Positions 16,941 to 19,487 of a stretch of DNA of 19,487 nucleotides are shown piece after piece. Position 1 is the first letter of the stretch, and the number at the start of each line of letters is the position of its first letter. The stretch comes from a virus. Location: UHGV virus genome UHGV-1272094, one strand, 5' to 3'. The position numbers were made by a program, and so were the translations under genes. Under the pieces are notes generated by a model. The model was not told where the DNA came from. It ran no database searches and saw only the letters and a program-made list of their open reading frames with translations.

Positions 16941-16964
16941 ATAAAAAGCTCGCCGTAGCGAGCT
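16941..16964 (-). terminator. Intrinsic-terminator-like hairpin between lipoprotein 1 and the holin gene
   Basis: Perfect 7-bp stem agctcgc/gcgagct (16947-16953 and 16958-16964) with cgta loop. On the minus strand it is followed by UUUUAU. Confidence 0.45.
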
Positions 16965-17089
16965 AATAAAATGTATTTCTCTGATATTATGTTTATTTGT
17001 ATTAGCTCAGACTTGACATCACAGGTTTCGTATATAGAACATCATCAAATCTGTCAGTTTGCTATGAATGAGATATAGTAATTGAAGAG

Positions 17090-17485
17090 CTAACCTCGCA
17101 TGTCAAAGCCAGATTTCTGAAAATCTCTGTAGACTTCCGGATTGTTGAAGGCCGGAAATTTGGCTTTATGAGCTGCGGACTTTATCGCTTCGCAATAGGC
17201 TTTATCACCGTTACTGGTAGATATTTTTAACGCCGTGCCATCCTGAGAGAATTCCATATGCAACCTGCATTTTTTCCCTTTCCAGTTATGCGGCTCATCA
17301 AGTTTGGCATTAATTGCAGCTCTGATTCCCCGCGCTTGCGCCCCCCATTCATCCTGATCATCCCAGCGTCCTGAACTGCAACTACCTGTAGCAGTAGTTT
17401 TGTGGCAATCTGAAGGGTGTAAAGGTGTGCATCCCGCAACAAAACCGACCCAAAAAGTCAACATAACGATTTTCTTTAATCCCAC
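17090..17485 (-). CDS. Lipoprotein with TolA C-terminal (domain III)-like module, copy 1
   Basis: GTG start at 17483-17485 with GAGGAG 6 nt upstream. Signal peptide MGLKKIVMLTFWVGFVAGC with lipobox VAGC. C-terminal ...GIRAAINAKLDEPHNWKGKKCRLHMEFSQDGTALKISTSNGDKAYCEAIKSAAHKAKFPAFNNPEVYRDFQKSGFDM aligns with copy 2 and with the TolA C-terminal domain as I recall it. Confidence 0.7.
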   Translation of the reverse strand: MGLKKIVMLTFWVGFVAGCTPLHPSDCHKTTATGSCSSGRWDDQDEWGAQARGIRAAINAKLDEPHNWKGKKCRLHMEFSQDGTALKISTSNGDKAYCEAIKSAAHKAKFPAFNNPEVYRDFQKSGFDMRG

Positions 17486-17563
17486 TTCTTGCTCCTCAAT
17501 CCATTAAAATCTCAGCAATAGTAGTTGTTACGTCCGCCACTGGCTCAGAGCTGACTATCCGCT

Positions 17564-17592
17564 AAATTTAGCTCAGTGCCGTAGCTGTGTCA
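17564..17592 (-). promoter_or_regulatory. Candidate sigma70 promoter for lipoprotein 1
   Basis: Minus-strand -35 CTGACA (17587-17592), 17-bp spacer, -10 TAAATT (17564-17569). Confidence 0.3.
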
Positions 17593-17635
17593 GAACAAAC
17601 CTAAGCCGAAACCGTTTATTACAAAACAATAAATA

Positions 17636-18064
17636 TCAGGGTTTAAAATCCAGCACCCCATTTTGAAATACTTTATATACTTCCGGCGAAGGGGGGGCAG
17701 GTATATCAGCATTCTTTATCGCATTCATCGCTTCACGACATAAATCGAGGTCTCCACTTTCTCTTTTAACCTCCAGTAGAAGGCCATTCGGGGCCATATG
17801 CATTCTCAGTGTACACTCTTTTCCTGAATACTTACTCGCATCCCCGAACTGTTTTTCGATGGCGCTCTTGATTTGATGGGCATACAGACGGATATCCTCA
17901 CTAACATCAGAAGTACGTTCAGATGAACTCACATACTGTGTCTCTATTGCTTTATCGGAGTAATATGATGTACGGTCATGATAATTTGTCGATACAGCAT
18001 CAGTGCACCCGATAATAATCCCACTAATAATCAACGTAAGAATTGATGCGCTACGAAAACCCAT
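17636..18064 (-). CDS. Lipoprotein with TolA C-terminal (domain III)-like module, copy 2
   Basis: ATG at 18062-18064 with GAGGA 5 nt upstream. Signal peptide MGFRSASILTLIISGIIIGC with lipobox IIGC. C-terminal ...YAHQIKSAIEKQFGDASKYSGKECTLRMHMAPNGLLLEVKRESGDLDLCREAMNAIKNADIPAPPSPEVYKVFQNGVLDFKP resembles TolA domain III (recalled ...QIKSAIESKFYDASSYAGKTCTLRIKLAPDGMLLDIKPEGGDPALCQAALAAAKLAKIPKPPSQAVYEVFKNAPLDFKP). Confidence 0.75.
   Translation of the reverse strand: MGFRSASILTLIISGIIIGCTDAVSTNYHDRTSYYSDKAIETQYVSSSERTSDVSEDIRLYAHQIKSAIEKQFGDASKYSGKECTLRMHMAPNGLLLEVKRESGDLDLCREAMNAIKNADIPAPPSPEVYKVFQNGVLDFKP
17942..18036. repeat. Left copy of a perfect inverted repeat of at least 95 bp, inside the 5' coding region of lipoprotein 2
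   Basis: Plus 17942-18036 equals the reverse complement of 19393-19487 at every position checked by hand. Identity stops abruptly at 18037/19392. Confidence 0.9.
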
Positions 18065-18093
18065 TTTTCCTCACATATGTCATATAGTAAAGG

Positions 18094-18123
18094 ATTATAT
18101 ATACCGTTGTTTTGGACGCTCAA
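18094..18123 (-). promoter_or_regulatory. Candidate sigma70 promoter for lipoprotein 2
   Basis: Minus-strand -35 TTGAGC (18118-18123), 18-bp spacer, -10 TATAAT (18094-18099), about 30 nt upstream of the ATG. Confidence 0.35.
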
Positions 18124-18651
18124 ACAGCGAATCAGATCAAATAAAACGCACATTTGTTAACATTTACACAAAGTCTGCGTGGGATATTCTGAAAGAATAT
18201 CCATAATGTGGAGAGAATCTATTGAAGTGCATGGTGCCGGGTGCCTCCCGGTGAACAAAATGTTCGTGATACCTGTCGGCGACAGAAAAGGTTAATGGTA
18301 TCACCCCACCGCACAGGGGGATTCACCATGCAGGAGTTTTCTTAGCAAACTCACTGCGCGCCCGGCAACTCCCAACCACATAAAATGCGGAGTTTGTGGT
18401 ATTTATGCATATAACTCGCAGGAATTATCTTAAAAAACTGATGTCGATCCGGATTAAAAAGAAGCAGGTCATCATCAGATGACTGGAAAAAAGGAAAAAA
18501 AAAATACTCATCATACAGTTTTGATTGCAGGGATGAGCCTGCTATGCACAATATGCAGAATATAAGCAAGATAAAAATATGCAGGCATATTATTTCGGAT
18601 TTTGTTATTAACACAACCTTTTTAATAATCATTTGGCATACAATAAACCAG

Positions 18652-18680
18652 TCCAAAAAGAACCGCCTAAACAGGCGGTT
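18652..18680 (-). terminator. Intrinsic terminator (minus strand) in the Q-to-lipoprotein intergenic region
   Basis: Perfect 8-bp stem aaccgcct/aggcggtt (18661-18668 and 18673-18680) with aaac loop. On the minus strand it is followed by CUUUUUGG. Confidence 0.5.
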
Positions 18681-19000
18681 GGTCAATACAAAGGATGCTT
18701 CGTCTTTATTATAGTAATCTGAGGCGTCGGGTGTCTTGTATCAGACAACATATTGTCCCGCTAAACAGCGAATTACAAACCACCCTGCAATGATCTCTCA
18801 TCTCATTTTATATGAGTTGACGACATCAGGATAACGCATCATCAGCCCCTGCCAAGAAATATCAAAACTCCCGCCAGCAATGTGTTATCACAATATTGTA
18901 AAAAAAACACAGCACCGAAACTATAACTGGTCTCCGTTATAATTTGGAGCAGAAAGACCAGTTGCCCAACTAGCAGCATTCTCCCCTGCTTTCCTGACGT

Positions 19001-19028
19001 AAAAAAAACCGCATTAAGCGGTTTTTTT
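19001..19028. terminator. Bidirectional intrinsic terminator downstream of the Q-like gene (tR'-like)
   Basis: aaaaaaaa-ccgc-attaa-gcgg-ttttttt: a GC stem flanked by an A8 run and a T7 run, so it can terminate either strand. Lies about 80 nt past the Q-like stop at 19109. Confidence 0.6.
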
Positions 19029-19108
19029 ACGATGTCCATGTCTGCAATCCGCCTCGCGATACAGCTGTGCGAAGCATAGCAAAATTGAAGCAGTTTATAC
19101 GTAAGAAA

Positions 19109-19426
19109 TCAAGCCATTTTCTCAGCAAATGATTCACGCATGGGAATATATAGGGCATACTCAGCAACAGCTAACCAATTAGCAATCCGTTTTTCGCATG
19201 TGCTAAAACACCACTCTGGGTGTCCATCATTTAGCAATTCAGCCATTTTGCGCTTAGTCATCCCCCGCCCTTCATAGCGTTGCCGGAGAATGCAAATCAA
19301 TCCTGGATGCTCTGCCAGCACCTCACTTATGACTCGATCAATACATAACGCCTCTGCATCAGTACAATGCGCCAGCCAGCTCTTTTGCTTGCCGTTGATT
19401 ATTAGTGGGATTATTATCGGGTGCAC
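19109..19426 (-). CDS. Late antiterminator Q-like protein, 5' end possibly truncated or chimeric
   Basis: ...INGKQKSWLAHCTDAEALCIDRVISEVLAEHPGLICILRQRYEGRGMTKRKMAELLNDGHPEWCFSTCEKRIANWLAVAEYAL... has the layout I recall for the short Q family (as in quuD). Its first 11 codons (MHPIIIPLIIN) lie inside the inverted repeat and mirror the lipoprotein signal peptide. Location upstream of the lysis genes fits. Confidence 0.5.
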   Translation of the reverse strand: MHPIIIPLIINGKQKSWLAHCTDAEALCIDRVISEVLAEHPGLICILRQRYEGRGMTKRKMAELLNDGHPEWCFSTCEKRIANWLAVAEYALYIPMRESFAEKMA

Positions 19427-19487
19427 TGATGCTGTATCGACAAATTATCATGACCGTACATCATATTACTCCGATAAAGCAATAGAG
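19393..19487. repeat. Right copy of the inverted repeat, truncated by the window end and overlapping the Q-like ORF start
   Basis: Reverse complement of 17942-18036. On the plus strand it encodes ...PLIISGIIIGCTDAVSTNYHDRTSYYSDKAIE, the same lipoprotein signal-peptide and linker residues. Extent beyond 19487 is unknown. Confidence 0.9.

Larger units (their letters stand above)
1..19487 (-). mobile_element. Lambdoid (Rac-like) siphovirus prophage, late region: Q, lysis, cargo, packaging, head and tail modules
   Basis: Unbroken minus-strand synteny Q-S-R-Rz/Rz1-trkG-ParB-like-GT-like-terS-terL-portal-MuF-like-scaffold-MCP-connector set-major tail-chaperones-tape measure. Tight or overlapping gene junctions (ATGA, TAATG) throughout. 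Both ends of the prophage lie outside the window. Confidence 0.85.

Noticed and set aside
17500-17635. tRNA-like fragments (tagctcagt, gctcagag) between the two lipoprotein genes, considered because Stx phages carry tRNAs in this slot
   Set aside because: No complete cloverleaf could be traced and there is no T-arm GTTCGAATCC-type motif or CCA end. The same negative result applies to 18065-19108.
18003-18206. Plus-strand ORF beginning MHPIIIPLIIN
   Set aside because: Its first codons are the mirror image of the right-hand inverted-repeat copy, so the ORF is a by-product of the repeat. The downstream part is AT-rich with no ribosome-binding site.
18480-18510. Homopolymeric A runs (ggaaaaaaggaaaaaaaaaatac), considered as a slipped-strand phase-variation tract
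   Set aside because: The tract is not inside or immediately upstream of a credible coding sequence; more likely AT-rich spacer or curved DNA.
18351-18686. Minus-strand ORF (111 aa) with a hydrophobic, Phe-rich translation, briefly considered as a small membrane toxin
   Set aside because: Starts inside the 18661-18680 terminator stem, runs through A-tract DNA, lacks a ribosome-binding site and has no recognisable toxin motif.
18842-19039. Minus-strand ORF (65 aa) across the bidirectional terminator
   Set aside because: Overlaps the terminator hairpin and lies in the expected late-promoter leader; likely non-coding.

Overview
This window reads as the late region of a lambdoid, Rac-like siphovirus prophage from an enterobacterium (E. 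coli-like), with every credible gene on the minus strand. From right to left: a Q-type antiterminator, a non-coding stretch with terminators, two lipoprotein genes, a P21-type lysis cassette (pinholin, SAR endolysin, Rz with embedded Rz1), an AT-rich trkG K+ transporter moron, a ParB-like/glycosyltransferase-like pair, terminase small and large subunits, portal, head morphogenesis, scaffold, major capsid, four head-tail joining genes, major tail, a frameshifted chaperone pair and the 5' part of the tape measure gene. All calls come from reading ORF translations, gene order and local sequence, compared with protein families from memory; no searches were run. The most unusual content is the pair of lipoproteins whose C-terminal halves resemble TolA domain III, sitting in the Q-to-S slot next to a perfect inverted repeat of at least 95 bp that reaches the window edge and overlaps the Q start. 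Also of note are the ParB-like/GT-A-like pair just upstream of terS and an array of TGCGCA palindromes inside terS. Plus-strand ORFs in the track look like antisense shadows. No tRNA, CRISPR array, integrase or transposase was found.
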